A stretch of 63,999 nt of DNA, filler included, from an uncultured bacterium (GTDB lineage Bacteria; DAOPZR01): the NCBI GenBank assembly GCA_964637655.1. It is 16 parts of 16 records of this genome, joined end to end, with 100 filler letters (N's around TTAATTAATTAA, not from the genome) between each part and the next. Parts side by side here need not be neighbours in the genome. Positions count along the whole stretch, not along the records: positions 61,583 to 63,999 come from CAZWUZ010000413.1; 15 more parts are not named here. One strand, given 5' to 3'. The position numbers were made by a program, and so were the translations under genes. The notes below the pieces were generated by a model. The model saw only the letters and a program-made list of their open reading frames with translations. It searched no databases and was not told where the DNA came from. Shown piece after piece: positions 63,215-63,999 of this stretch (its first letter is position 1; each line of letters opens with the position of its first letter).

Positions 63215-63999
63215 ATGAAACTGCGCGCGCTGCAGGCGACGGTGCTCGGGCTGGGCGGGCGCGAGGCGGCGTTCGACCGGGCGCTGCGCGCCTTCCCCGA
63301 ACGCACCTGCGAACTCTGGGCGACGGCGCGTCCCGAGGCGGTGGCCATCGCCGCCGCGGCGCTCCCGCCGGCGGTGCAGTTCACTGTCTGCCACCGGCCT
63401 GACGCGGTGCCCGAACTCGGGCAGGCCGCGGCGTATACCCCGTTCCCGTATGCCGGGCTGCTGCGGCATGACACGGCGACGCTGGTCTGGGCGGCGAAAC
63501 ACCGGGCGCCCGCGGTGCTGCTGGTGCTCAACAACCCGGCCGGCGACGGCTATGCCGACGTGGTGGCGCTCGCTTTCCGCCGCGCGGAACGCGTCTACTG
63601 CTGCTGGCGCACGCGCTGGCGCGAACTGACGGCGGCGGAACCGGCGGCGGACACCGCGGCGCGCAGGCAGGCGCGGTTCTGGCAGGTGACGCTGCGCCGC
63701 TGGCTGCAGCGCGAACTCGACGAAGTGCAGGACGACCCGGCGGTACCGGAACCCGACCCGGAACGCGACGCGGCACTCGTGGCGACGCTGCGGCAGGGGA
63801 CGGTGGCCGCATGGTGCGCACGCCGGGCGGAAGGGGTGGTCGTGGCCGCGTGCAACACGGACCTGGCGGCGGCGCTGGCGCCAGGGGGCGCACCGGTCGT
63901 GCTGCTGCAGCGCGACCTGGCGGTACTGCGCGAATCCGCGGCCGCCCTGCGGGTCTGTGCCGACCCGCGGCGCCTGCCGCTGCGGCCCGGCAGTACGCT
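63215..63999 (+). CDS. Hypothetical protein (runs off window)
   Basis: Hand translation MKLRALQATVLGLGG... stays open to the window end; ends ADPRRLPLRPGS, which is methyltransferase-like. Confidence 0.55.
   Translation, partial: MKLRALQATVLGLGGREAAFDRALRAFPERTCELWATARPEAVAIAAAALPPAVQFTVCHRPDAVPELGQAAAYTPFPYAGLLRHDTATLVWAAKHRAPAVLLVLNNPAGDGYADVVALAFRRAERVYCCWRTRWRELTAAEPAADTAARRQARFWQVTLRRWLQRELDEVQDDPAVPEPDPERDAALVATLRQGTVAAWCARRAEGVVVAACNTDLAAALAPGGAPVVLLQRDLAVLRESAAALRVCADPRRLPLRPGST

Overview
This is not one locus. It is 16 short (~4 kb) contigs from a fragmented draft or metagenome-assembled genome, joined by 100-bp N spacers carrying a TTAATTAATTAA linker, so gene adjacency only means something within a contig. 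The organism is a high-GC diderm bacterium (Kdo/heptose LPS genes, lpxH-like gene, flagellar rod gene, Tad ATPase). Most content is housekeeping, envelope or signalling: kdsD/kdsA/kdsB/rfaE/gmhA, dapA/dapF/lysA, purH, glgC, murA, serS, glycosyltransferases, two-component and HD-GYP proteins. The standout is contig 1. It carries a nitrile-hydratase-like-leader (NHLP) RiPP precursor with an internally duplicated leader and a 38-aa Gly/Asn core (GGNGG repeats with VYG/GYG motifs), directly followed by a TPR + SAM-methyltransferase gene and a CpaF ATPase. These sit next to a tRNA-Arg 3' fragment (att-like) and an AbiEi antitoxin gene. Other items worth checking are two radical SAM/SPASM genes each coupled to a small membrane protein with an XYG motif, an RfaE2-KdsB fusion, an AAA-ATPase cassette flanked by inverted heptamer repeats next to a duplicated kinase N-terminus, an in-frame amber codon in purH, several dispersed palindromic repeat families, and recurrent leaderless promoters. 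All family assignments come from motif recognition by eye; no database searches were run.
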